From: Klebsiella phage KP13-16
DNA length: 64,000 nucleotides
Sequence record: OP617741.1
Strand: one strand, 5' to 3'
This document shows, in pieces, positions 1 to 9,034 of the stretch (position 1 is the first letter of the stretch; every line of letters begins with the position of its first letter). Under the pieces are notes generated by a model. That model was given only the letters and a program-made list of their open reading frames with translations. It had not been told where the DNA came from and searched no databases. The position numbers and the translations under genes are program-made.

Positions 1-192
1 TTTAGTGGGGTCGTTAAACCCCGCCTCTTTAATACTCTTGATCCACTTCTTAAGGATAACTTCAAAAATAGAAGAGTTTACCATACAATTGCCCCTAAGA
101 TTACACCAAACAAGAATCCAACAACGATACCAAAGATAACACATGCACCAATTAGTGATGTCACATTAACTCCCATATTCCACATAAATACC

Positions 193-852
193 TCAACAGA
201 AAGGTTTAAGATTAGGAGATTTGAATGTAAATGGCTTCATTATTTTCCCATTTCCATCTAAAAATACTACTCGATCACCTCGAATTTCCCATTTAACTTC
301 AGAGTACCGTCCTTCTGATCGAGTTTCAATCATAGCACATTCATTATTAAGAGCAAGTTCTCGTTTAGATTTTTGTTTTCCAAATTTTTCAACTTTAGGG
401 AATTTACTATCATTACTAGAGAGTACTTCCTCCAATGCGGCTGTTGCAAAACCATTGAATTGATACAGTAGAGCACAGACATCGGATGTTACCATTAACC
501 CATTATCCAATGTTTCAAAATCATAAATCATACTTGTGTAATAATCAATACCAGATAACGGAGTTAAAATCTTCAGGCTTAAATCTTTTAGTTCTCCATT
601 CATTTGTAGGAAATGATAATAGCTTGCAACTACAAAGATATCACAAAGTGCATCAAGAACTTCAACAGTGTCTGAGGCATCTATTGCTTCCTTAAGTTCT
701 TTGATCTCTTCTGCAACAAGCTCTTTTTGTTTATTTAGTGTTTTATCTGAGAAGTCATGCTTTCCACCACGTGCAGTAGCATTCCATTCAACAACACGTT
801 TAAAATATTTTGAAAAATCAAGTGGCTTCAGATATGTATTAATAGTGTTCAT
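193..852 (-). CDS. hypothetical protein; possible MazG-like NTP pyrophosphohydrolase
   Basis: 219-aa ORF; helical acidic segment AEEIKELKEAI...EVLDALCD resembles the EExxE/D motifs of MazG/HisE-type all-alpha NTPases; weak. Confidence 0.3.
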   Translation of the reverse strand: MNTINTYLKPLDFSKYFKRVVEWNATARGGKHDFSDKTLNKQKELVAEEIKELKEAIDASDTVEVLDALCDIFVVASYYHFLQMNGELKDLSLKILTPLSGIDYYTSMIYDFETLDNGLMVTSDVCALLYQFNGFATAALEEVLSSNDSKFPKVEKFGKQKSKRELALNNECAMIETRSEGRYSEVKWEIRGDRVVFLDGNGKIMKPFTFKSPNLKPFC

Positions 853-853
853 C

Positions 854-2215
854 TTACTCCTTATTCTCTAATTCTTTAGCAATCTCTTTCAGAACTGCAA
901 TTATTGAATCTTTTGCTTCCATACATTCTTCAAATGTATTTGCTTTTGTTTTATCGTTTCTAATCTCAACATACCGTGGTAAGAAAACAGACCAAGTGTC
1001 TTTTGATTCAGAACAAACAATATCATTACCTTTAACAGTAAGGATTTTTAATTTAAAATTCTCAAAAGGTTCCTTTCTTAGTTTATCAGTTAACCCAGAA
1101 CCAACACCGAATTTAATTTTACCGTCTGAACTCTCAACAAGGAGAGATCCAATCCATCCGGGCTTTTTCTTATGTTCAATGTAACCAGTTACAATAAATT
1201 CTGCATCAAATTCATTTTTAATTTTAATACCTTGAGAAACTTTTTTATCTTCCCAAAGGAGTGTAAATGATTTAACTACAGTACCTTCAAGACCTTTTTT
1301 ACGACAAGCAATAAAATGATCAATAATCTCAGAGATAGAGTTTACCACAACACCTTCAATCATTTCAACATGATTTGATTTTAAATGTTGTATGAGACAT
1401 CTAAGTTCTTCACGACGAATATCATAAGTGTCTTCACTTTTACGTGCAAGATACTCCTTATAAGTGACCATATCCCAAGTTACTAATTTAACTTTATCAG
1501 AGTCAATAAGTTCTGGGTCTTGATTCAAGTATCCATTACCTATTTCACGAGGTTGGACTCCATTTGGATAAGATGGATCAATGACAAGGGCTTCTGAATG
1601 AAGAACAAAAGATTCACCAGGATATTCTGCCAATTCTTTAAGCTTACGCTCTTCACTTCCAGGTAAACGGAAATTAAGTTCTTTACCAGACCTTGAACGA
1701 TAAATAATTAAATCTTTATGGACAATAACATCAGCATACAGACCATCTTGTTTTACATCAGAATAAGCTGGAAATTTTAACTTCTTGATCAACTCTGGCT
1801 TAAAGAGTTTGTAACTCATATATGGCGGATCAGTGATAATATCTTTCCATACTTTATTTGTAATTGTTTGTTGAATTCCACATTCAAGATCACGGTTGAT
1901 TACTTTTAAAAGTAGTTCTGGTTCTTTACAAGTTTGCACAAGTTGTGTCATATAGCTTCGTGCATCATTACCTGTATAATTTCTTGAAGCAACCTCATTA
2001 ACAAGCATTTCAATGCTTTCATTAATATCAATTAAACCTTCGGTATTAATTAGATCCACTTTAAATTGACGCACAAAAAAGTTTAAGTCTTTAGAATAAG
2101 TTACTTCAAAAAGACGCTTAAGATCTTTATTATCTTTGTTTTTGATCATGATAGCTTCTTTTTCATTTTTAGAAGAAGTAGAAGCAAGTTCATTAATAAT
2201 CTCAGTTAGTGTCAA
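854..2215 (-). CDS. ATP-dependent DNA ligase
   Basis: 453 aa; nucleotidyltransferase motif I VKQDGLY (KxDG) and ligase-like downstream blocks; size and layout like T4/T7-type ligases. Confidence 0.75.
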   Translation of the reverse strand: MTLTEIINELASTSSKNEKEAIMIKNKDNKDLKRLFEVTYSKDLNFFVRQFKVDLINTEGLIDINESIEMLVNEVASRNYTGNDARSYMTQLVQTCKEPELLLKVINRDLECGIQQTITNKVWKDIITDPPYMSYKLFKPELIKKLKFPAYSDVKQDGLYADVIVHKDLIIYRSRSGKELNFRLPGSEERKLKELAEYPGESFVLHSEALVIDPSYPNGVQPREIGNGYLNQDPELIDSDKVKLVTWDMVTYKEYLARKSEDTYDIRREELRCLIQHLKSNHVEMIEGVVVNSISEIIDHFIACRKKGLEGTVVKSFTLLWEDKKVSQGIKIKNEFDAEFIVTGYIEHKKKPGWIGSLLVESSDGKIKFGVGSGLTDKLRKEPFENFKLKILTVKGNDIVCSESKDTWSVFLPRYVEIRNDKTKANTFEECMEAKDSIIAVLKEIAKELENKE

Positions 2216-2430
2216 GATATAACCTCCAATTCGTCAATATTAAAAACTAATTCTTTTTCGATCTGACCTGTCTCTTGACTTACAAGACTAACAGCAAAAG
2301 GAAATTCATCTGACCGATATCCAATCCTAGAAATATATCCAATCCTACCAGATAAGTCAATATTTTGATTACCTAGCTCATCAAAAACACCATCTTTAAT
2401 CTTAACTTTATCATTTAAGTAAATTTGCAT
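2212..2430 (-). CDS. hypothetical protein
   Basis: 72-aa ORF in tight operon spacing with neighbouring genes. Confidence 0.3.
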   Translation of the reverse strand: MQIYLNDKVKIKDGVFDELGNQNIDLSGRIGYISRIGYRSDEFPFAVSLVSQETGQIEKELVFNIDELEVIS

Positions 2431-2438
2431 ATTTTCTC

Positions 2439-2657
2439 CTAGTTAACACGTTCATAAAGTTCCTCTCCAGGAAGAACAATATTTAAACCATAAACATCAA
2501 CTTGTCGCAATGCTTCTGATTCTTCATAAATGAAGGCGTATTTATTTTTATAAACCTTCATCATATAGTCTCGAATTTGATCCTCATTTTTGCCTTCAAA
2601 TTTCATAAGACTGTTTCTGAGATTATATTTTTGACCAAAGCTAACATAAAGATTCAT
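2439..2657 (-). CDS. hypothetical protein
   Basis: 72-aa ORF, operon context. Confidence 0.3.
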   Translation of the reverse strand: MNLYVSFGQKYNLRNSLMKFEGKNEDQIRDYMMKVYKNKYAFIYEESEALRQVDVYGLNIVLPGEELYERVN

Positions 2658-2659
2658 CT

Positions 2660-2845
2660 CTACTCCTTAATGACTTCAAATAAAACATGGTGATAAATTA
2701 GATGATTAAACTCAACAATATCATCTGGATCACGAAGACTCCTAAGAAATGGTTCTTCTTGTTCATCCCATTCAACTTCTATTTTATCTCCATCTTGAAA
2801 AGAAGCAAGAAGAGAATCTTTAATTATAATATAAAGTTTCTTCAT
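2660..2845 (-). CDS. hypothetical protein
   Basis: 61-aa acidic ORF, operon context. Confidence 0.25.
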   Translation of the reverse strand: MKKLYIIIKDSLLASFQDGDKIEVEWDEQEEPFLRSLRDPDDIVEFNHLIYHHVLFEVIKE

Positions 2846-2849
2846 TGTC

Positions 2850-3626
2850 CTAATTTCCTAATTTTTGCAATGGAGATTTACCTTCAAGATGGTCTTCTAC
2901 AATCTTGATAAAGTTTTTGTTATTAAAAGCTTCAACAGCACCACAACGGAATTGTAACACTCCGTGAATATCGTATTGCTCTTGTTCAAGATAGTTGATT
3001 CCGGGATTTACAACCAAGACCTTAGTTCCACGCTTAACTGCTGGGAACAACTCCCAGTTGAAGTTGATTACAGTATTTGAACATCCAACAACAATAACCA
3101 TATCTTCTGAAGTCAGCCCATCAAGGGTAGTATATAACTCATGATAAGCCGGAGCATTCTCCCCAAAGAATATTACGTTTGGTTTGCACCATCCATAATC
3201 ATCAGGATCAATTTGTGCATATCCAACGTTGATTATCTTCTTAGGAGACCCAGCCTCTGTCTCAATGACAAGTTCTTTGAGATACCCATGAATGTACAGA
3301 GTATCTTCTTTCGGTACACCTGCACGTTCCAACAAATCATCGACGTTAGTCGTCATGTTGATAACTTGTCCAGGATAACGTTTGTACCACTCAGCAACAC
3401 GAAGGTGTGCAGCATTTGGATGTACTGTTGGCAACTCTGCACGACGCTTATTATAAAACATGTGTGTTTTATGATAAAAGTTTCCACGGAAAGAATGGAT
3501 GTTGCAAACCTCCTCAAGATCATATTCATCCCATAAAGCTTTCCCAGATTCAGTATCTGTGCGGAATGTACGTACACCACTCTCCGCAGAGAAACCAGCC
3601 CCACTTATTACTATAAGACGTCTCAT
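2850..3626 (-). CDS. Sir2-family NAD-dependent deacylase/NADase-like protein
   Basis: 258 aa; GAGxS motif ISGAGFSAESGVRTFR, TTNVDDL (TQNID-like), HG and CxxC-like segments typical of sirtuin/CobB fold. Confidence 0.65.
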   Translation of the reverse strand: MRRLIVISGAGFSAESGVRTFRTDTESGKALWDEYDLEEVCNIHSFRGNFYHKTHMFYNKRRAELPTVHPNAAHLRVAEWYKRYPGQVINMTTNVDDLLERAGVPKEDTLYIHGYLKELVIETEAGSPKKIINVGYAQIDPDDYGWCKPNVIFFGENAPAYHELYTTLDGLTSEDMVIVVGCSNTVINFNWELFPAVKRGTKVLVVNPGINYLEQEQYDIHGVLQFRCGAVEAFNNKNFIKIVEDHLEGKSPLQKLGN

Positions 3627-3838
3627 TATTTCTCCTTATCAAAATTTTTATCAAAGCACTTTATAGTTAATCTCGTTATTAATTTATCGGAGACATAACA
3701 CCACAATTGTTTTCCATCATTAGTTTTGACTTCGAAGATCTCATCAGTTTTAGGTGTAAACAAAAATACATCCTTCTTATTCTCATTTGCAAAAACTGAA
3801 TAAGATAAGAATAATAGTACTATTAAAATATGTTTCAT
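3626..3838 (-). CDS. hypothetical secreted protein
   Basis: 70 aa; N-terminal hydrophobic signal-like segment MKHILIVLLFLSYSVFA. Confidence 0.3.
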   Translation of the reverse strand: MKHILIVLLFLSYSVFANENKKDVFLFTPKTDEIFEVKTNDGKQLWCYVSDKLITRLTIKCFDKNFDKEK

Positions 3839-3846
3839 AATTTATC

Positions 3847-4272
3847 CTACTGTAATTTTAATGAGTTTCTAAGACGTCTCTCTTGAGTATCACGGATTTC
3901 CTGTGGGACGTTATGAATAGAATCATTTCCATGTCTATTTTCAACAACCAAACTAACAACTTTATACCCATACTCTTCAGCTAAGTCAATATATGGTTTA
4001 AGTTCTTTTTCAGTAGTTGTAGTGTTAGATACAATTATTTTTACCCAATTACCTAAACCATGAAAATTATCTTCCATGTACATTTTTACTTGATCTTGGC
4101 ACCATTTATGCGCTGCTTGGATATTTTCAGGTTTCCAATCGTAAACACCCTCTTCCGTGTAGTGAAATTTATCTGCTTCACAGATAGGCCACAAACCTTC
4201 TGCAAGCATGTCTGCCACTGTAGACTTACCAGCACCAGACACACCGCGAAGGATAATCAAAGTCTTTTCCAT
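3847..4272 (-). CDS. polynucleotide 5'-hydroxyl kinase (T4 Pnk kinase-domain-like, no fused phosphatase)
   Basis: 141 aa; P-loop LRGVSGAGKSTVA aligns with T4 Pnk ILTIGCPGSGKSTWA; IIVSNTT and LAEEYGYKV align with T4 Pnk ISDTN and FAKEYGWKV. Confidence 0.55.
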   Translation of the reverse strand: MEKTLIILRGVSGAGKSTVADMLAEGLWPICEADKFHYTEEGVYDWKPENIQAAHKWCQDQVKMYMEDNFHGLGNWVKIIVSNTTTTEKELKPYIDLAEEYGYKVVSLVVENRHGNDSIHNVPQEIRDTQERRLRNSLKLQ

Positions 4273-4281
4273 CTCCTCTCC

Positions 4282-4632
4282 TCAGTAATTGTTTCTTAAG
4301 ATCGTGATACGATACTTCAAGAAGCTCTCTTTTGCAAGCATGAACTTTTGTGCCGCAGAAGGGTTAGACGTGTGGACATAGAGTTTAGCATCATCCACAG
4401 GAAGTTTCCCATACACAAGCTTCTCTTCCAAGGCTAACAGGCAGTCATAGCCCTCCATTTCTGAATCTTCGCCGAGGTCATTATCGAAATGCCACTCTGT
4501 GACATAACGATAGAACTTTGACCGATTATCAAGAAAATCCATAAACTTCTGAGAGGTCTTGAACCACAATGCGCCAGGATAACCGTAGTCTTTTGGATCT
4601 CTTAAGTCATCAAGCCATACAACCATTAACAT
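4282..4632 (-). CDS. hypothetical protein
   Basis: 116-aa ORF between kinase and RNA ligase genes. Confidence 0.3.
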   Translation of the reverse strand: MLMVVWLDDLRDPKDYGYPGALWFKTSQKFMDFLDNRSKFYRYVTEWHFDNDLGEDSEMEGYDCLLALEEKLVYGKLPVDDAKLYVHTSNPSAAQKFMLAKESFLKYRITILRNNY

Positions 4633-4832
4633 TTCTCCTCAAAATAAGCCTCGATCCATTTACGACGATATTGAGCATCTTTAACTGCCCATTCCTCTTT
4701 TTCAAAGGCCCAGCGTAAATAATCAATAAGGTTATAATATTCTTCATCAATACGCTTTTTAGCTTCTTTTGGATTGTCCCAGATCATATCCCACTTGTTC
4801 TGTCCACCTCGCATCAGGAACTTCTTCGCCAA
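4626..4832 (-). CDS. hypothetical protein
   Basis: 68-aa ORF immediately 3' of the RNA ligase ORF; track start codon is TTG, an ATG lies a few codons in. Confidence 0.25.
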   Translation of the reverse strand: MAKKFLMRGGQNKWDMIWDNPKEAKKRIDEEYYNLIDYLRWAFEKEEWAVKDAQYRRKWIEAYFEEKC

Positions 4833-4841
4833 GTAATGTGG

Positions 4842-5546
4842 TTACTTGATTTTAAGAAGCAGTTCGCTGTTTTCGTCATCTGTTCCGACATTACGGATAA
4901 CAAAACCTTCGTGAGTTACAGCCTTGGAATACTTGATCACATCACTGAAGAACATATTATGCCATTCAGGACGCTTTGCTCCGATCACTTCAGCTATGCG
5001 ATCAAGACGATATTCTTCAAGCATTGTCCCATTTAAGGCTAAGTCTCGCATACCAATCAAATATGCACCCTCTTCCTCCTCAACAATGTGAGGATCGCTA
5101 CTGTCACAAATTTCAAAGATGAAAGTATAGTCCTCTGGAAATGCAACAAGATCTAATTTCATCTTTTCAAGATATTTCCGTGCCAGATCAGAGAACTCAG
5201 AATCCAAGGTTCCTGTCGTTGATACAAGAAGTTTTTCACCACGTACCGCAGCAGTTGCCATAAATCCGTTGACTTTACGAATGCAAACAACCTGCTGATC
5301 GAGTGGTAAGTCTGTTCCATTCTCGAAACGGTTAAAAATCTTCGTAAAAGGCCAGATAATAACGTTGTCTTCTGCATCAACAACCATACCACGACACTCA
5401 AGCAGACGTGAGTCTGTATGCCACAGGTTGTCCCAGAACACATTGTTCTTATATTTGAGCACAGAAAGACCAGCGAACGGGCCTTCGGTGTAAGTCTTTT
5501 TAGTCACCAGATTTTTAGCAACTAAGTCGTCTACGTTGAACTTCAT
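4842..5546 (-). CDS. RNA ligase, Rnl1 family (T4 RnlA-like adenylyltransferase core)
   Basis: 234 aa; LLECRGMVVD and WPFTKIFNRFEN match T4 Rnl1 ALECRGIMFE and RPMEKFFNLNEN; motif I KVNG (KxDG/NG), motif III-like FIFEI, motif IV EGFVIR, motif V LLKIK at the C-terminus. Confidence 0.6.
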   Translation of the reverse strand: MKFNVDDLVAKNLVTKKTYTEGPFAGLSVLKYKNNVFWDNLWHTDSRLLECRGMVVDAEDNVIIWPFTKIFNRFENGTDLPLDQQVVCIRKVNGFMATAAVRGEKLLVSTTGTLDSEFSDLARKYLEKMKLDLVAFPEDYTFIFEICDSSDPHIVEEEEGAYLIGMRDLALNGTMLEEYRLDRIAEVIGAKRPEWHNMFFSDVIKYSKAVTHEGFVIRNVGTDDENSELLLKIK

Positions 5547-5742
5547 TTTCTCTCCTTCGAGTAAGATTCTTCAAAAGTTTAAGCACTTCTTTTTGTGCTT
5601 CCTTCATATCATTGAAGTCATCATATTCGCTCATATCTAAATTGTCAACATAATCTTCAAGTTCACTCAGAAGAAAAATTACATTCTCAATAAGATCAGT
5701 ATCTTTATGCATCATCTGAACCAAAATTTTTGTGGTGGTCAA
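5515..5742 (-). CDS. hypothetical acidic protein
   Basis: 75-aa ORF, overlaps neighbours by a few codons. Confidence 0.25.
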   Translation of the reverse strand: MTTTKILVQMMHKDTDLIENVIFLLSELEDYVDNLDMSEYDDFNDMKEAQKEVLKLLKNLTRRRENEVQRRRLSC

Positions 5743-6271
5743 CCACTTTTATCTCACGACGCTCCATCTTAGCAATGATTTCATCAAAATGCAAGATCTT
5801 CCCTTGTGCATCCCAACCAACATCTAGCATTTTACCATATATTTCATCAGGAAAACTTCCATGGCTATGTCCATGAAGCATAATTGCACCTCTTCCTTGT
5901 TTATTCCATGAGGCAATAGGGTAATGACAAAGGACAAAGAATTTCTTACCATATTTAACTTCATCATAGTACTTAACTTCACCGTACTTCTCAAGAACTT
6001 CTCTATGCTTTGAATAATCATGGTTTCCAACGATGAATGTAATGTCACCGTTTAAACGAGAAGCAATGAGATCCGTTTCTTCTGGTGTCCCAAAGCAGAA
6101 ATCTCCAAGATGATACATTTTTGTACCAGGTGTTTTTGCTTTTTCATTCCAAGCTAAAATAAGACCTTCTGTCATTTCATGAAGTCTTTCCCAAGAACGA
6201 TATTTAGGACAAAACTCTGAAACTCTCTTATGAAGAAAATGCAGGTCTGAAGTTACATACATATTAAACAC
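5705..6271 (-). CDS. calcineurin-like metallophosphoesterase
   Basis: 188 aa; binuclear MPE motifs SDLHF, LGDFCFG, GNHD, GHSHG in canonical order. Confidence 0.6.
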   Translation of the reverse strand: MFNMYVTSDLHFLHKRVSEFCPKYRSWERLHEMTEGLILAWNEKAKTPGTKMYHLGDFCFGTPEETDLIASRLNGDITFIVGNHDYSKHREVLEKYGEVKYYDEVKYGKKFFVLCHYPIASWNKQGRGAIMLHGHSHGSFPDEIYGKMLDVGWDAQGKILHFDEIIAKMERREIKVVDHHKNFGSDDA

Positions 6272-6755
6272 CTCTTTTATATTGATCTAAAATTTCTTTT
6301 GATTCTTTCAGTTTCATTTCACAATACCTCATTGTCTTAATTGCATTCTGTTGCTCTTGTGATGTGAATTGATCAAAGCTTTTAACATAAGCATACACAC
6401 TAACTTCTTTAAAATCTTCACTAAAATCATCATATTGGTCTACGAATTTTTCAGTATCTTCAATAACAATATGTGAAAAATTCCAATCTTCTGATGTATT
6501 TTCTTTAATAAATTGATTAACATCTTTCCAAAATTTTAACATAAAATCTGGGTTAGTGTAATCATAAGCACGAATTGAGTAGGATTTTACTAAAATTTCA
6601 TCTTCTTTTACATTAAATAACTCTTGAACATGAGATAAAGCTTCACTAAAGCTTTTACGGCATTGCACATAATTAGTGGCATAGAAATCTAACCAGTCAT
6701 CTTCAAGTTTATGACTTAAATGATTAATACCAAGTTCTTCTAAAATGTCTCTCAT
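6264..6755 (-). CDS. hypothetical protein
   Basis: 163-aa ORF, operon context. Confidence 0.3.
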   Translation of the reverse strand: MRDILEELGINHLSHKLEDDWLDFYATNYVQCRKSFSEALSHVQELFNVKEDEILVKSYSIRAYDYTNPDFMLKFWKDVNQFIKENTSEDWNFSHIVIEDTEKFVDQYDDFSEDFKEVSVYAYVKSFDQFTSQEQQNAIKTMRYCEMKLKESKEILDQYKRGV

Positions 6756-7108
6756 TAATATAAATCCTCACTAAATAGTACATCTATAGGATATCCTTTG
6801 GTACGTACAGTGTTAATTTGTCCAGCATGAGTAGCAATAATTAAAGCTTCCTCACGAGTAAAATATTCACCCCATTGGTCAATAAACCCTTGATTATCAC
6901 CACTAACATGGTCTGTTACCAGCTTATCACAAATTAAATCCAAGACATTTGCCATATCAGGAGAATAATGACGAGTACCAGGAATAATGATAGTTCCACC
7001 AGTTTTCAATTCAAATCTATTCGCAGCACATACAATTCGTCGTTGAATTTTACGACCATCTAACCAATCTGCAACTTTAAAGCAAATCTCTGGCAATTCA
7101 AAATTCAT
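6755..7108 (-). CDS. hypothetical protein
   Basis: 117-aa ORF, start overlaps upstream stop. Confidence 0.3.
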   Translation of the reverse strand: MNFELPEICFKVADWLDGRKIQRRIVCAANRFELKTGGTIIIPGTRHYSPDMANVLDLICDKLVTDHVSGDNQGFIDQWGEYFTREEALIIATHAGQINTVRTKGYPIDVLFSEDLY

Positions 7109-7413
7109 TTCTTACCTCTTTTAGTTTTCTTTTCATACGTTCCAAACACACGACCTTCTATTGCACATAGCGGTACTTTGGTCAAGCCACGTCTTTTAGC
7201 TTCTGGCAGATCTCTTTCCCAAATTCCCAACCAATACTTGAGTTCTTCAATCCTTTTTCTTTGTTCCGAATCAGGTTGTTGGTATTCAAGAAGATCCTCT
7301 AACTCAGCATAGCAAGCTAGAAGCTTTTCTTCAAGAGCAGATAGATCAGTTTCAAACACAAAAGCAGAAGTATCAAATTTTTCTTTCTTTACTGTTTTTC
7401 CAGTGGTTCCCAT
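7105..7413 (-). CDS. hypothetical protein
   Basis: 102-aa ORF. Confidence 0.3.
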   Translation of the reverse strand: MGTTGKTVKKEKFDTSAFVFETDLSALEEKLLACYAELEDLLEYQQPDSEQRKRIEELKYWLGIWERDLPEAKRRGLTKVPLCAIEGRVFGTYEKKTKRGKK

Positions 7414-7673
7414 TTGAAATCTTTACCTCCGAATTTCATGAAGTTGACATCATTTGTATCTAAGTGTGCTTTGTCTATAGAACCACCTGCAATGCTAACA
7501 TATTCAATAATGGTGTCTAACTGTTTTTCTTGCTCTTCTGGAAGTTTACTTTTCAAATCAACCAAAATCTCTTTTACTTCCACAAGTTCCTTAAAGATAT
7601 CTTGTAGGATGCATGAAACTATCTCTAGATCCATTTGGTCAAATGGCAGACCATCTTCATACTCTTTCATCAC
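7389..7673 (-). CDS. hypothetical protein
   Basis: 94-aa ORF. Confidence 0.3.
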   Translation of the reverse strand: MMKEYEDGLPFDQMDLEIVSCILQDIFKELVEVKEILVDLKSKLPEEQEKQLDTIIEYVSIAGGSIDKAHLDTNDVNFMKFGGKDFKWEPLEKQ

Positions 7674-7987
7674 TCCTCCAATACTTTACAAACAACCATT
7701 GGATAATCTTTACCAGTATGATTAGCCATTTGCCAGCAAATCAATTTCATCTGGATAGCATTTACATAATCCTTAACATTTTTATCAAATTTACAATAGA
7801 TATAAGATACCGAATGATCATTGAAAAGAAATTCTCTACTTGTTGAGATGTCTAAAATTTCTATATCTTCTTTTGACATCTCTGAATATCGGTCTATGGC
7901 AGAGAAAATTACATCCAATTGATCACCAATAAGTTTTTTGTATTCTTCATTGTAAGCCAATTCTGCCAAGATTTGTTCTTTGTTCAT
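7670..7987 (-). CDS. hypothetical protein
   Basis: 105-aa ORF. Confidence 0.3.
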   Translation of the reverse strand: MNKEQILAELAYNEEYKKLIGDQLDVIFSAIDRYSEMSKEDIEILDISTSREFLFNDHSVSYIYCKFDKNVKDYVNAIQMKLICWQMANHTGKDYPMVVCKVLEE

Positions 7988-8016
7988 TTGATCTCCTACA
8001 ACTCAAAAAGGATCTA

Positions 8017-8715
8017 TTAAGCAATTTTACGCCACTGATATACACCATACACTGAGTTTAAGAGATAAGCAATCCACATTACTAACACGACTGCTCCTCC
8101 ACCCTCATGATGCATTGTAGCCTGAATCCAAAGAACAACGGCAACAATGTTAACAATTACCCAAATATACCATTGTTCAGAGTAACGTAGTACCATTAAC
8201 ACTGTAGCTAGCACAGAGAGAATTGCTGTCGCAGAATCTAAGCCAGGAGAATATCCTTTCAACAAGGAAACACCATAAGCATAGGCTGCAATAACGATTA
8301 GTATGCCAACAGTAACAATGAGACGTTGTTGAGTTGTTAACCATTTCTTCACAACATCAGCCTTCTGTCCATCTTCAGAAAGCTTTAACTTTTGAGACCA
8401 AAGAATACCGCCAATTAACTGCAAAGGTGTAAACAATAGAGTATACATAATTGTTTCACCATACATTTTGTATGTGAATGAGATATATGCATACAATGCT
8501 GTTGCAACAAATCCCCAGTAGTAACTTGAGAGTTTACCTTTAGCAACAAGGATCGCACCAATGATCCCTGTAACAGAGGAGACAAATTCAACGAGAGTTG
8601 CACCCATAATTACAGATGTTGCTGCAATAGTTACAGAGCAAACAAAAAGCCAAAGATATTCTAACCTAGACCAACCATAGAAGTCAGTCAAAGTTGTTTT
8701 CAGATAAATATTCAT
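8017..8715 (-). CDS. pnuC: nicotinamide riboside transporter PnuC family
   Basis: 232 aa, about 7 predicted TM helices, Trp/Tyr-rich PnuC-like sequence; sits beside NadR-like gene. Confidence 0.65.
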   Translation of the reverse strand: MNIYLKTTLTDFYGWSRLEYLWLFVCSVTIAATSVIMGATLVEFVSSVTGIIGAILVAKGKLSSYYWGFVATALYAYISFTYKMYGETIMYTLLFTPLQLIGGILWSQKLKLSEDGQKADVVKKWLTTQQRLIVTVGILIVIAAYAYGVSLLKGYSPGLDSATAILSVLATVLMVLRYSEQWYIWVIVNIVAVVLWIQATMHHEGGGAVVLVMWIAYLLNSVYGVYQWRKIA

Positions 8716-9020
8716 TTTAACCCCTTGTGCGAAAGTTCTTGCATTAACTGTTCACCAGTCATTGTCTTACCAGAGACAACATCTTCTTGAGAGATTTCCA
8801 ATAACTTAATCAAAGCTTCAGTTTCTTTTTCCTCATCAACCAATTTGAATCCCCAAACAGAGCCATTCATTGGAATGGGAATTTTGTCAAGATCACCATT
8901 GTTATCTCGTAGTAACATACCGCCATTAGAAAAACCTTCAATAATGTAAATATCGTTAAGAGTATAAATATTATGTGTACTAGTACTACGGGTACATTTG
9001 ACACGATCACCTACTTTCAT
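8712..9020 (-). CDS. hypothetical protein
   Basis: 102-aa ORF between pnuC and nadR-like genes. Confidence 0.3.
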   Translation of the reverse strand: MKVGDRVKCTRSTSTHNIYTLNDIYIIEGFSNGGMLLRDNNGDLDKIPIPMNGSVWGFKLVDEEKETEALIKLLEISQEDVVSGKTMTGEQLMQELSHKGLK

Positions 9021-9034
9021 TCTACCTCCTCTTT

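Noticed and set aside
1-192. Possible 32-aa TM peptide on the minus strand (78..176) and a GGGGTCGTTAAACCCC hairpin at the window edge
   Set aside because: It is too short and lies at the window boundary. There is no supporting context.
4626-5546. Treating ORFs 4842..5546 and 4626..4832 as one frameshifted full-length T4-Rnl1-like gene
   Set aside because: The ligase ORF ends with an in-frame TAA right after motif V. The downstream ORF is in a different frame with no obvious slippery site and no similarity to the Rnl1 C-domain. More likely they are separate genes.
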